Positions 36,125 to 48,895 of a stretch of 64,000 nt of DNA are shown in pieces (the stretch's first letter is position 1; each line of letters starts with the position of its first letter). The translations under genes and the position numbers were made by a program. The DNA is from Carcharhinus amblyrhynchos (lineage: Eukaryota). The stretch lies in contig OZ336883.1 in NCBI GenBank assembly GCA_965287045.1, positions 33,356,001 through 33,420,000 of the forward strand, given 5' to 3'. Under the pieces are notes generated by a model that was not told where the DNA came from, ran no database searches, and saw only the letters and a program-made list of their open reading frames with translations.

Positions 36125-37136
36125 GGGGGTGATTCTCCCATCCTGTTGTGTCTGCCTCTGTAGTGCAGCGGGCCAGGAAACGCGAGTGGAAGCCATTTCA
36201 CCGGCTTCCTGCTGGGCACCATGGCCTCTGCCCATTGCCGGATTTTCAATGACATCAGTTCTGCACCAGAAATTTATTTAAATTAGCATCTCCATACTAC
36301 TTTAATATCATTAACAGGCCCAGGACTGAGGTCTCTGAGTCCGCTAGCCTCTCCCCCCAAGAACAGTAGCAATATCTCACTCCGGTGGGGTTTAGTATCG
36401 CTCCCCACTTGCAAGGTGCTGGCTGCCTGACCCTGCTGAAGTGAAGGAAGGGCAATCGAGGCCCCCCTGAAGGTCAGGCGCTGGGGGTGCCATCTGGGCA
36501 TTGCCACCTTGGCAGGGCCAGCCTGGACCCCCAGCTCTGCCCAAGGAACAGTTAAGTCCAGGAGGCATCTTGGCACTGCCCGCCAGGCATTGGGCAGTGC
36601 CAAGGGTTCAGGGCCTAATGGGGCAGGGCCTGCTGGGGGGAAATCATTGTGAGTGGGGAGGTCCCACTGTCACTCTGCATTTGGGCTGAGTGACAGATGG
36701 AGGAAGCCAGCAATTGGAGCTGGTTATCAAGCTGGGGAGGTGTCAGCCTGTTTGGGGTGGGGGGGCAGTCAGGCTGCAGGTGGGTATATTGGGAGATCAG
36801 GGCAGCAGGCATGGGGAGGGAACATCGAGGCAGGCTGGGGGTCGAGGCTGGGCCTGGGCATCTTTGGGGGGGCCAGCAATTGGGCTATGACAGGGTTTGA
36901 GGAACTGGCCAGTGATGGAGCTGCTCCAGTCGCAGTGTTGACAGGTCAGCGCACACGCAGTGGACCACTTAGCGCTATTCTGTTGGCCTCGGGAATGGGA
37001 ATAGCCTGGTCCGGTGATTTTTAGACTGATTCATGCTAAAACACTCTGCATTGCACAGAGTGTCGGAGATTCATTTTGAAACTTCCTGTGATAAAAACAG
37101 TGTGATTTACTCTGATTCTAATGTAAATTTGACACG
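36125..37136. mobile_element. GC-rich non-autonomous DNA transposon (Harbinger-like)
   Basis: Starts gggggtgattctccca and ends ggaagcatcactcc; internal gggcagtgcca motifs shared with 29400-29480. Confidence 0.5.
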
Positions 37137-37571
37137 TCTAATTTGTTTTGGAAGCATCACTCCTGATCAGTTCAGTAGGGAGAGTGAGGTTAACTGGGAA
37201 AAGGGAAACATTTGGTGGAATTTCCCATTCCGGAGACAAAGTACAGAGGTGGGCAGGAAAGCTGGTGTGCTTCCTGTGGGGCAGCGAGACGGATTAATCC
37301 ACCCAATTTCCCACTTTCCACTCATTAATTGTGCATCAGCTAGGAGCTCGTTGAATTTCCTGTTCGGGGCTCGCAGGAATTCATCTGTTTCACCATGACC
37401 TCATGGGGTTGAAAGTCCTGGCACCATGGTTATGTGGCACCCATGTAAACATTCACTCACTGCAGGTCAGATGGGTAGTAAAATGCTGCTTCACCCTGGC
37501 TCGCAAAAGGACAGAACCCTCTACAGTTCAGTGAGACCTTCTTGAGGATTCCTCTCCAGGCTGTTCATTAG

Positions 37572-38345
37572 TGTGAGGTAATGCATTTTGGAAGGTCCAA
37601 TACAGATAGAAAATATACGGTAAATGGCAGAACCCTTAAGAGTATTGATAGGGCAGAGGGACCTGCGTGTACAAGTTCACAAGTCACTGAAAGTGGCAAT
37701 GCAGGTGGAGAGGGTAGTCAGGAGGGCTTAGGGCATGCTTCCACTGAGTTTAAAAATTGGCATGTTGCAGCTTTATATGACCTTAGTTAGGCCGCACTTG
37801 GTATATTGTGTTCAATTCTGGTTGCCACATTACCAGAAGGATGTGGAGACTTTGGAGAGGGTACAGAAAAGATTTACCGGGATTTGCCTGGTATGGAGGG
37901 CACTAGCTATGAGGAGAGACTAGAGAAACTTAGTTTGTTCTCACTGGAATGACAGCGGTTGAGGGGCGACCTGATAGAAATCTACAAGATTATGAGGGGC
38001 ATGGACAGAGTGAAGAGTCAGAAGCTTTTTCCCAGGGTGGAAGAGTCAATTACTAGGGGGCACAGGTTTGGGTGTGAGGGGCAAGGTTTAAAAGAGATGT
38101 ATGAGGCGAGATTTTTTAAACAGAGAGTAGTGGGTGCCTGGAACTTGTTGCCGGGGGAGATAGCGGAAGTAGATATGGAGTGATTTTTAAGGGGAGTCTT
38201 GACAAATACATGAATAGGATGGGAATAGAGGGATATGGTCCCTGGAAGGATAGGGGGTTTTAGTTCAATTGGGCAGCATGGTCGGTACAGGCTTGGAGAG
38301 CCGAAGGGCCTGTTCCTGTGCTGTAATTTTCTTTGTTTTTTTTGG
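37572..38345 (+). mobile_element. CR1 LINE 3' portion
   Basis: [36 protein letters not shown] and RGDLIEIYKIMRGMDRV, typical CR1 ORF2 C-terminus. Confidence 0.92.
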
Positions 38346-38349
38346 TCTT

Positions 38350-39110
38350 TGTTTAAAGACAGCAGTTCTCTTTCCTCAGGATGGGAGCAGGAGGTCCTCC
38401 TACCTTTCCACGCTGGCCCGGGGCAAAGGTCGCCACTTTAAGCCCTTACTGGGCAGTGGGAGGGGTGCAGTGGAGTGTTCAGCAGACATAATAGGCATGC
38501 ATGCATTCTGTACTTTCATCCATAATGCTCACAGTCAATCCACCTGTCTTATTGCAGGACAAGAGCTCCCACAACAGATTGGAGAGGGCGATGACTGGAC
38601 TGGGGAATAATAAAGTTGAGCAAATGCTACAGAGCTAGCTGTTCCTGTCCAGAACAGACCAGCCTCCCCCAACAAGCCAGTGAGGGCCCAACCAGTATAC
38701 ATCAACAATACCCAGACAATGATAGTGGGTAAGCTATCATGTCATAGCCTGTCTTCCCAATCACTGATTATTTCTTCTCTCTATTCCAGTTGCCGGCAAG
38801 AAAAAGCAAAGGAAGAACTCCAGTAAGCACTTCAATCTCATCCCCCAGATCACCTCTGATGTGGAGGCAGAGGAACCATCGGATGAAGACTCCTTAATGG
38901 GTTCACCCGCACCCTCCTGCAGCGCAGATACATGCACCTCGGTGATGCTCATTCTACAATATGCTCGGGGTCACGATCTGGTGATCATTTCACAGACACT
39001 TGTCCACAACAGGCAGAGACAGCTGAGGTCTCTGACACTCGGAGGGCTGCTGAAGATCAAGTTGGGATCTGATGATGAGCCGCTGAAAGAAACTGGAAGA
39101 AAGCCTCTGT
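38350..39110 (+). mobile_element. Decayed Harbinger remnant with Myb/SANT-like exons
   Basis: ttattgcag|DKSSHNRLERAMTG; downstream segment similar to 24350-24960 (cacccgcaccctcctgcagcgcagatacatgcacctcggtg). Confidence 0.5.
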
Positions 39111-39589
39111 ATCGCGGAAGAGGGGCTGTAACGCCAGCTGCAGTTTGGAATATGTAAGCTCTGAAACGTCATCTGGTGCTGGAATGGGGCTTGCTGGAAT
39201 GATTGGAACCAAAAGGTGTAACTTACTTTGTAAAGGGAAATTCTACTGAGGGGCCACCTCTGGGGAGTGCAATCAGGGAATAGTAACTGTTTATATTCAA
39301 TCATAGCAAAAGCCCAAAGATGATGTTTGAATACTTGACTGTAATTCTCTAAAATGGGCTGTGCTAACCACAGACTGATTTTAATATATTAGTGGTTGAT
39401 CTCTTGTCATGTTATTTAGAGAGAGTCTGGACAAAATGCAATCTTCAGGTGACACAGAATTGTGGGATAATTTTACTGCGGTGTATAAGTCATACATTCT
39501 GTCCACATTTTTATACAATACTTTGATGTAATATTAATATTTATAATCCAATAGCAACATTTATGGTATTTTGGAAAGTAGTGTGGTCA

Positions 39590-39820
39590 GTGCACTGCAG
39601 TTTCTTGGTTATTTATAACTAATTTAAGCTTTCCAAGGCATGTCACGGAAGTATTATCAAGCAATGTAAGACATCAGACCACATAAGGCAATATTAGGGC
39701 AGATGGCCAAAAGCTTAGTCAAAAAGTTAAGTTTCAAAGAGCATCTTAGAGCAAGTAAGAGAGGGAGACAGTCAGAGAGGTTTGGGGAGGGAATTCCAGA
39801 ACTAAGGGCCTGTACAGTTG
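39590..39820 (-). mobile_element. L2 LINE 3' end
   Basis: ccacataaggcaatattagggcagatggccaaaagcttagtcaaaaag...ggggagggaattccaga; reverse complement of the 21560-22530 family. Confidence 0.7.
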
Positions 39821-40152
39821 AATCATAGAATCCATACAGTGCAGAAAGAGCTTGTTCAGCCCATCAAGTCCATACTGACTCTCTGAAAGAGAATCTCACC
39901 CATGCCCTATCCCTGTAACCCCACATACTTACCCGACTAATCCCCCTAACCCACACATCCTGGGACACTAAAGGGCAATTTAGCACGGCCAATCCATCCA
40001 ACCTGCACATCTTTGGACTGCGGGAGGAAAGTGGAGCACCCAAAGGAAACCCACGTAGACACAGAGAGAATGTGCAAACTCCACACAGGCAGTCACCCAA
40101 GGCTGGAATTGAACCCAGGCCCCTGGAGCTGTGAGGCAGCAGTGCTAGCCAC
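39821..40152 (-). mobile_element. HE1-like SINE, CR1-type tail
   Basis: Head, core and tail. Confidence 0.9.
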
Positions 40153-40159
40153 TGGAATG

Positions 40160-40625
40160 GAAACAAACATATGAATTAAGAGCAGGCGTAGGCCATTTGG
40201 CCCCTCAAGCCTAATCTGCCAACTGATAAGACCATGGCCTTAACACCACTTTCCTGTCTACCCAGGTCAATGGAGAATCTATTTAATTCAGTCTCTAAGA
40301 TATTCAGTGATTCTGCCTCCACTGCTCCCGAGGATAAAGAATTCCATAATATACAACCCTCTAAGACAAATAAATTCTCTTTGTCTCTGTCTTAAATGTA
40401 AGGCCCCTTATTTTCAGATCACTCCTTCTTCTATTTCTTATGAGGGGAAACATCCCCTCAGTGCCAAATCTGCCCTGTCATCTCAGGATCTTGTCTGTTT
40501 CAATGATGTCCCCTCTCATTCTTCTAAACTCCAATGCATACAGGCCCAGCCTTTCCAACCTTTCCTCCTGGGGTAACCCCTTCATCACTGGAATGAGTCA
40601 GGTGACTCTTCTCTAAACTTCTTCT
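40160..40625 (-). mobile_element. CR1 LINE 3' end, degraded
   Basis: ggcgtaggccatttggcccctcaagcct...ccctctcattcttctaaactccaatg. Confidence 0.75.
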
Positions 40626-40633
40626 CATGCTAT

Positions 40634-41964
40634 TGCTATGACGAGATGAGGAGAGATGAACTGGCTCCCCTTTAGTCAGTCAGTTGCAACAAAGACCTTT
40701 TAACATTTTATTTCCCTGCAGTTGACTTTTCCAATCCAAATGTATTACTTTTTAATCATTAATCATGTTTTATTGCACCAAACTCAGATGAAGTAAACTG
40801 GAGAGAAAAAATAATAAAGGCATGTTGACAGATACACGTAAATCTCAGAAGTAAGAAAAGTTGGAATCCAATCAAAAGTTAAAAGAATATACAAATAAGC
40901 CCTTGACTTGTCCTTGAGGTTTAGCTTGTTAAACACAGCAGCCAATTGAAGGTAGTTGGTTTACTTTAAAATCCTGGAGTTGAATTGAAGTTAAGTATCT
41001 GCATTTTTCTGGAGTCAATTTCAGATTCAGACAGAGAGGGAGGGAGAGAGAGATTTGTTACTGTTTCTTTCAGCTGCTTTTTCAGATGTATTCTATCTGT
41101 TTCTAGCTTGGCAAAACAAGTTCTTAAACCTCCTGTCTATATATTCCAAGAAGGTATTTCAGCCACTTTTTCAGATGTATTCTATCTGTTTCTAGCTTGG
41201 AAAAACAAGTTCTTAAACCTCCTGTCCATATATTCCAAGAGGGAATTTGATTACTGGGTTGGGGAGAGGAGGGAGAAGATTTTCTGGCCTCCCCACGGCA
41301 TGTTTGTCATGGTGGGAGGTGATGCACTATTTGCCGGCACTGGGATTTTCTGGTCTCGCCACTGTCAATGGGATTTCCCAATAACTGCACTATACACTAC
41401 TGGAAACTAACATTGGGCTTGCACCATCGGCAGGACCAAAAGATACCGTGAGCACGAATAGCTAGGAAATTCTGGCCCATATCTTGCAGTCAGTATTGTA
41501 GAGCACGTAATCACATTTCTGATCTTCCATCTCAGAAACTTTTGACACATTTCAAGATAATAGAAAACAGACAGGAAATGGAGTCATTTCATCATCCACA
41601 TGGGGTTTTGAATGTCTATTGGGTATCTGGTTGGTTAGCAGCTCCCATTGTCTTGACAAAATTCCAGTTGATTAATGCCAACTTTACATTTTGCATTTGC
41701 ATTCCTTTCAAGAATCCCTGTTTTAAGTGGGCTCACAATGCTCCCAAGTTGCGTAAGTCCATGCAACATGTCAGGGCAGGTCTGCAGTGCAATCCATGTA
41801 GGAACTTTTCAGAAAGGTAGTCAATTTACAACCAGGCATCAGGTGACTGGTAACAGCCATCTTTGGTCAATGCCATTTTTTAAAAATAAAAACAGGTCCA
41901 CTTGAAACAGTTCCATTTGTTTTTGGTTAGCTGGTAAAATTATAGGTAGATTTCACCCTTGACC
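40634..41964. mobile_element. Candidate solo LTR with internal duplication and nested MITE (about 41271-41478)
   Basis: Starts tgctatgacg, ends cccttgacc; layout resembles 10738-11911; no clear TSD. Confidence 0.35.
41068..41245. repeat. Tandem duplication, 2 x 89 bp
   Basis: tttcagc..ctttttcagatgtattctatctgtttctagcttgg.aaaacaagttcttaaacctcctgtc.atatattccaaga starts at 41068 and at 41157. Confidence 0.95.
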
Positions 41965-42849
41965 AGGAGCCAGCATTGGTCAGAGATGGGTAAACAGGAT
42001 TTGGTTTCAGATTCCCTCAGGTTTACAGAAGATAAAATGTAAGATACCAGCCAACAGTATATTGTAGTAGTCAAGTCTAGAGGTAACAAGGAGCATAAGG
42101 GTTTCAGCAGTAGATGAGCTGAGGCAGGCTTAATGGAGGTAGAAATAGGTGGTGTTAATAATGGCCTGGATACATGATTGGCACTCTGGTCCATACATCT
42201 TCGTCACTGCCCAACTACATTGTCCATTCCACCTTCTGACTAATGGATTTCCCACCCCACTAATTCAATCCAGCACCTAACTGTCTATAAATAATGCAAG
42301 GGAAGCTGCACTGGAATCTACAAGAGAAATTCAAAATGTCCAGAAAATAATTTATGACCATGTGCAATTCAGCATAAGTTGAGATTTGAAGTTAAGAATA
42401 ATTACATTAATTACTAGACCACAAGGTAAGAACACATCATGAATTAGGCATTTGATTTGGACTATCAAATATAAAGCTCAGGCTTTTTTCTCATCCACAA
42501 TTGGTTGATGGAAAATCTAATGCGTTATATACATAGAATTTTATAAAGGACCTGCCATTTATCTTCCACCTGAGACATTTGTTCTGAGGCTTTGTTGACT
42601 CATAATTTATCTTTTCTACAAGTGATGAACGCGTGCATTTCAGATTTGCCATCCAAAATGACTAATAATAAAGTTTTTATTAACTGTTTTAAGTGTGCTA
42701 GTTGGTACATCAGGAATATGTTAATTTTAATTGATATCCTCTTGCAGTTATAATGTCTGATCTATGTCGAAAATGACTTTAAATTTGTATAGTAATTGAA
42801 ACAGTTCATGGAAGATGATTATTATGTCTCATTATTCTTGAACATTTAA

Positions 42850-43100
42850 GACTGATTAACCACGTCAAGTCAAAGAATTCAAGGCTTTGGAGTTGTACTC
42901 GCAGCTCAGACGTACAAATTACACCAATCAGGGCAGCACAGTTGGGAAACATGAGCAATCAGGACATTAATCAAAGGCGAAGGAGACAAATTGACTTTTA
43001 CTCTGCTGTTTAAACAATTGCTAGTTCATATTGTCTCTGCAGAGCATTACATTCATTGGACATGGTACTAAGTGGCTATATATAGCATAAACAGGGCATT
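42850..43100. promoter_or_regulatory. Candidate enhancer (MEF2, forkhead and CCAAT motifs)
   Basis: Perfect MEF2 site CTATATATAG (43076-43085) abutting forkhead ATAAACA (43087-43093); ccaatca near 42925; repeat-free context. Confidence 0.35.
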
Positions 43101-43752
43101 CAGCAGTAGATATTCCCGTTGGCAATATGCGATGGATTCTATAAATGAGACTTTTTTATACATTCCCTTTGCTGTTCCTCTCCAGAAGGCATTAACCTTG
43201 TATCATTGAATATTTTGTTTTTTTTAATTAGTTGCTTCTTAACTAAAAGCATTAGTGAGTCATATTTCATTTTATTTCAATCAGCATAATCCTGGACATG
43301 TGCAGTTAATTGAGGTTCAGATGAGAGGTGTAAGTAAACATTTTCCATTCTCTTGTCTCTGCTCCTTTTCTTTTTAAACACATGCAGACAACTATGCAAA
43401 CTTGTAAAGAGGAATGACCCTGGATGGTCAAAATGCAGAGTTGATAGAAGCTGCTAAATAACAAAGGAACAAAAATAATACAGTGACCATTATACATCTA
43501 TGGAAATTCTGTTATCGTCATTATGGGTCTTAACTTGGGTTAACTTAATTTAACTTATAGTTTGGATTGACAGAGACTTTGGGAGGCAAGGCTATAGGCA
43601 AATTCTACCCTTTATTAAACACCCTTGTAACTATTTACCAGATAAGGCTTGGCAAGAGGTTCAGATAGAACCAACCCTCAATCAATTCTGTCTACATGTG
43701 ATCTTACATCAATGATGACATTGATGATCTGTTCAAAGTTTTAACATTAACC

Positions 43753-44060
43753 CACAGTGACACAATGGTTAGCACTGCTGCCTCACAGTGCCAGGGGCAC
43801 TGGTTCGATTCCTGACTTGGGTCCACTGTGTGGAATTTGCATTTTCACCCTTTGTCTGCATGGGTTTCTTCCAGGTGTTCTAGTTTCCTCCCACAGTCCA
43901 AAAGACATGCTAGTTAGGCACATTGGCCATGCTAAATTCTCCCTCAGTGTACCCAAACAGGCACCGGAGTGTGGCAACTAGGGGATTTTCACAGTAACTT
44001 CATTGCAGTGTTAATGTAAGCCTATATGTGGCTAATAAACAAACTTTAGTACTTTTACTT
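43753..44060 (+). mobile_element. V-SINE, tail-B subfamily
   Basis: Head, core and tail-B. Confidence 0.9.
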
Positions 44061-44068
44061 TACACTAT

Positions 44069-44215
44069 GGGTGGAATTCTCTGGCCGCGCTTGCTTCAAA
44101 ACCAGAAAATCCTGCCTGAGGTCAACAGACCTTTGCATGGTCCGACCCCTCTCCCTGTTAACCCCCGCTAGCTACAATTCCCGTGGCAGACAGGTTGGGA
44201 AAACTCCTCCCCCCC
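44069..44215. mobile_element. Harbinger-like MITE
   Basis: Reverse complement of the 51733-51859 family. Confidence 0.6.
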
Positions 44216-45651
44216 TTACATCTCCCCCAACTCTCTAACTCTGTTTGATACATTATCCTAGCAAAATTACATTGGAGGTACATTTGTCTGGGCAAAGCCT
44301 TCCAAGGGCTGATCTGAAAGCCTGAATTAACTTTAAGAAGTCAACCCCAATATAATGAAAGGACGGTGCGAATGGATGCAATTCAGGAACAATGAGACTG
44401 AAGTATAAAAATTGAAAGCTCAGAGGGGGGCTGGGGAGTGGTGTGGAGGAGAAAAACTGCTAGAAGTTCTGTTCATTTGGACCATTATTGAACTTGACTT
44501 TGATTCTTCAATAAAACCTAATGTCATCGTGAAACAGTTTGACTATTATCCATTTCCATGCTGATCAATATATTCGAGCATCTTTCAGAGTTTATTAATA
44601 ATAATACATTGATTACTCAGACCATGTTCAATGCACAGATCAAAAATAAGAGATTATTATTGTATTTAAATTAGGGAAAACAAGGAAATATTGTATAGCA
44701 GTACAATATTTCAGATTCAGTTACTGTTAGCTTGGTCACACACTACTTCCCCAAGAGCTTCAGGCATTCTATTTTTCTTTTTACTATCAAACAGAAAACT
44801 TGCCTTTTTTGCAGTGAGCTTGGCTTTGTCCTAAATACACCAGGGTCAAAATTTTTGGGATAGTGAGGTTTCTTTTCCCACCATCCAAAAGGTTGGCAGC
44901 CAACATATCCCCACCAATACTAGCACCCTTCAGCCATTTAAGCCTCCAATGAGCATCAGTAGACTGGAGATGAAACTTCCACCCCTCAGTCAGGAGGAAG
45001 TCCTGCCTCACAGGACTGTGGCTGGCAGCTGTATAGGACCAGCAGTGCCAGAATCACATTGGCAGGACTAGGACAGAAGTACTGTCCAGAGTCAAAGTAC
45101 CAGGAGTTCAGGACCAGGTAAATGTGGAGGTCTCATGGACGGGTCAGGAGGTGAGATCCAGGGGAATTGGCAAGGGTTGGGAGTCACCCAAGGCAGGAAT
45201 TCAGCCAGGGTCCCTGGCACTGTAACTAGTGGCACTGTGAGGCAGCAATGCTAAACACTGTGCCACCATGCTGCCCTGTAGCCCTTAAAAAATCATTTTC
45301 TCTTCCTCTCCCAATCTCTCTTTTCTTGTGTTCTACTTTCCTCTCCCTTGCTCTTCCCTGCTGCCCAAGCCTCCTCCATGAGGCTAAAGATCATGTAGGA
45401 AACAGTGTCGTGGCCTGTCTAAAAATGAGCCACGTTTCTTGGAATTATGTATAGTTTTACAAAGTTAATTAATTTAAGGAAACAACATTATACATTTACG
45501 TAAACAGTGAAAAGCACCAATGTGTGTGTGTGCAGAGAAAAGTACTAGTAGATTGCCAGTTAATAAGTCGAGTTTATTTTTAAGTTTGTAAGAAGTCACA
45601 CCAGGGTTAAAGAACTTGACACTTAAATAAACAGCTAACTGATCTCTGCAG

Positions 45652-45722
45652 TTTGTTCACACTAAAAAAAACCTACTCCAGAGCAGCTTTGATCAACCTG
45701 ACTGCAAGGAAGGAGGAATTCG
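45652..45722 (+). other. Candidate non-coding (5' UTR or first) exon
   Basis: Strong donor ttcg|GTAAGT at 45723; preceded by ctctgcag and by promoter-like motifs; 5' boundary uncertain. Confidence 0.4.
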
Positions 45723-46149
45723 GTAAGTTTCTTATTTTGAATTCATCTAGTGCAGGACGCTCTGAATTTATTATTTATATTCTGGAAGAAATGCTCTTGC
45801 TTTTCATTGCTACATTTTACACTTTAGTATTTTTTTAAATTCTAGTGTCATTCAGTTTCAATACACTCGTTGGATAGGAACCGGGTTGAGAATTTCATAA
45901 TTTGTACCAGGTGCACTTTTATATTTTATCATATTTTTTATAACCATTTGACCTAGAGTCCAAACAGTGACTTAAAGAAGACATTTAATACTTCTGATGC
46001 TGAAGTTAATTATACTTCATTTAAAATTTACTAACCATTTATAGTTAGTTTTTTTTGTGTGCCTAATTCACTCCTGGTAACCTCAGAAACTTTACTTGGA
46101 TTAACTGCTTTCAAATCAGAAGTTTCCCATCCTGAATTTAATTTAAATT

Positions 46150-46575
46150 TTTAATGATTCATTGGGCATGGGGCACCACTGGCTGGCCAGTATTCATCAC
46201 CCATCCCCAGTTGCCCTTGAGAAGGTGGTGATGAGCTGCCTTCTTGAGTAATTGATACAACTGAGTGGCTTGCTCGGCGATTTCAGAGGGCAGTTGAGAG
46301 TCAACCACATTGCTGTGGCTCTGGAATCACATGTAGGCCAGACCAGGTGAGGATAGTAGATTTCTTTTCCTATAGGACATTAGTGAACCAAATGGGTTTT
46401 TCTGACAATCGACAATGGTTTCATGGTCAACAGTAAATTCTTAATTCCAGATTTTTTAAACTGAATTCAAATTCCATCATCTGCCGTGGCGGGATTCAAA
46501 ACTGAGTTCCCAGAACATTAGCTCATTATCTCGATTAATAGTCTAGCAAGAATACCAGTAGGCCATCACCTCCTC
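46150..46575 (-). mobile_element. tRNA-derived SINE with MetaSINE-like domain
   Basis: Reverse complement of the 24412-24765 family, with a longer LINE-derived tail (aagaaggcagctcatcaccaccttctcaagggcaac). Confidence 0.85.
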
Positions 46576-46619
46576 TTTCCATTATACTAGTCTGACAAAG
46601 GATATACAATAAATGTGCA

Positions 46620-47190
46620 GGTACAACGCACAGAGTAAGGAAATGTTTAATTTATCAGTTCATCTCTCATGGCATTATGGCATTCCACAAGGGAGCCCAG
46701 ACACTGGGCTCACAGGGTAAGAAGGGTTAGAGAGCAACTGGACCAGAGCTGACCAAGGACAGTAATGATAGAGGATAAAAGAAGCTGCCGGGTAAAGCTG
46801 AAATGGTAGAGAAGGGATAAAAAGGGTTGGGTTAGAAACCTGGGCAAAAATGTGGAACAAAGTTAGAGGCCAGGAAGAGAAGATTAAACAGAGTTGGGTG
46901 TGGCTGAAGAGGAAGATACAGCACTGTAAGTGGTTAGAAGAGAGTTCGAGGTGGGAGAAGATGACAAGGAGAAGAAGTAGGACAGAATCAAAGGCTGATT
47001 GGTCATTGAAATGGAGCTAGAGCTCCAATGAAGTGACTAAATGACTGAAATCAGTAGGGAAGGAGAGACAGCTGAGGTAGTAGACTGAAAGGGAAAGGGA
47101 GGGAATGGGTGAGAAACGGCCAGTGAAAAACTAGGAAGAGGGGAGGCTGATAAGCAAAATGAAGAATCAAGTTTGGAAAAGTGTTCAGAA
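46620..47190 (-). mobile_element. Degraded L2-like LINE ORF2 fragment
   Basis: Purine-rich plus strand with gtaaagctgaaatggtagagaagggataaaaagggttgggttagaaacc resembling reverse-strand L2 (SNPTLFIPSLPF). Confidence 0.45.
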
Positions 47191-48345
47191 AATCAAACCA
47201 AAGTATAGCCCCATAAAATATAGTTAAAGAACAGAATCAGCAAAACTTTAAGCTGACTTAAGCAATGACAAGGTTTTTGTAAAATGTAGATCAAACAGAA
47301 CAAAGCCTGAGAGAGCAGACCCAGTGGGTATAGGCAGGGAACTACGCAGTATGAACAAATGAGAAGTGATCGGTTGTAGATATTAGCCAGAGGCAGCATT
47401 AGAGCAGGAAAATCTTTCTCTTGTCTCTGTCCCCATTTCTCTCTCTCTTTCGTATTCTGCCTGTCAACACAAAAATGTGTCATGAGTTTCTATTTTGTGT
47501 CTCACTCACATGTATTCAGTCTCTATTTTTTTTTGGAAGGAAACACTCCATATAAATTTTATTTCAGTAGAAGTTTAGCAAATTCTCATCCATATTTGGT
47601 GGAATATGACTGGCCAGAAAATCCTAGCAACTTCAGACGCCTTATCAGTAGATTTTCTCTGCGTTGCTCAGGAACAGTGGGGAGGAAGGATTTATTACAA
47701 CAATAATGCTTAGAGAAGGCTTTCTACTAGTTACATGACTTTTGGATTGATTCCAGTGTTCTCTTGCTTCCTGCATGCTCTGTAATGGAAACTACATTTT
47801 CAGATGGGCCTTTACTGAAATGTAATGCCCAATTTTAAACTCCTTAACAATCTTAAGTAGTTATAATAGCCACAGAAACCTGGGGGGTGCAATTCTAATT
47901 TTGTTTTAGTAGGCAAGTGGGAAACAAGCAATAGGCACCAAATAATCCTTCTTCAAATATGGAATTTTGGCTCCGATTAGATCATGAAGCAAGTCTGTAA
48001 TTTCAGCTGGAGACCTGTGCTGGTAAACCACAACGGCTTCCCCACCAGGCCAACTTGGCAGGCAGAAAGCTGATCCTTGGCCAGCAGTGGCTGAGTGGGA
48101 GGGAACAGGAGCGCTGCTCCTCCAATTTCCCCAAAGGAAAACTCGCAGCTTTCTTGCCCCAAGATTCCCTTCCCCTGCCCTGACAAGTGACACCTCTCCT
48201 CCAAAGAGTTAGTTAACTGCTGGGGACTGATGTTATCTGGCCTCAGTGAATGCACCCAAACATTTACCTGCCTGTTTGCCAGGTAGTTCTTTCTACTGGG
48301 TTCTTGATGAAGCATAAAACAGGACTGCATTTCATCAACTGCTTC

Positions 48346-48502
48346 AATCATAGAATCCCAACAGTGTAGAAGGAGGCCATTCGGCCCATCAAGTCTGCAC
48401 CAACCATTATCCCATCCAGGACATATCCCTGTACCCCTATGCATTTATCCCACCTAGCACCCTGACACTAAGGGGCAATTTAGCATGGCCAATCCACCTA
48501 AT
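48346..48502 (-). mobile_element. HE1-like SINE 3' fragment
   Basis: atcatagaatcccaacagtgtagaaggaggccattcggcccatc. Confidence 0.85.
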
Positions 48503-48794
48503 CAAAAAGTTGAGCATTTGTTTAATGCAGACTGTTTTGTGTGGCATTTAGGCGACGGGATATCTGCTCAGTTTCCTCCAGCTGTTTCAGATATTGTACG
48601 ATCAAACTGAATTCCAAGCAGCAAACACTGCATCATTATTTATTAAGCACAGTGCCCTTTCCTACCATTTTTACTTGAACCCTTACTGTTTATCTAAAGT
48701 GGCAACATGCCAATCTTTGGCATCTTTTTTTCCTACCAGCTGAGAACAGGACTTGGTGACGTCTTTGTTTGATGGTGGTTTGTAACAGCTACAG

Positions 48795-48895
48795 ATGAAG
48801 GAGAAAGTTGGAACTGCGGTGAAAAGTCTTTCACACAGGCCCAACGTTGCCAAAGGTTATCAGAAACTGACCAAACTCTGCATCATGAGCAACAG
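48795..48895 (+). CDS. Candidate first coding segment of an unidentified gene (exon 48740-48895)
   Basis: Acceptor tctttttttcctaccAG at 48739 and donor aacag|GTAAGG at 48896; in-frame TAA at 48783, then ATG 48795 open to the donor: MKEKVGTAVKSLSHRPNVAKGYQKLTKLCIMSN(R/S); second ATG at 48885 has better Kozak context. Confidence 0.4.

Noticed and set aside
48795-48895. Assignment of the candidate exon to PDE4 short isoforms (MKE...YQKL) or ESRRG (LCRMSNK)
   Set aside because: Only a few scattered residues match, and the downstream sequence and exon structure do not fit; no gene symbol given
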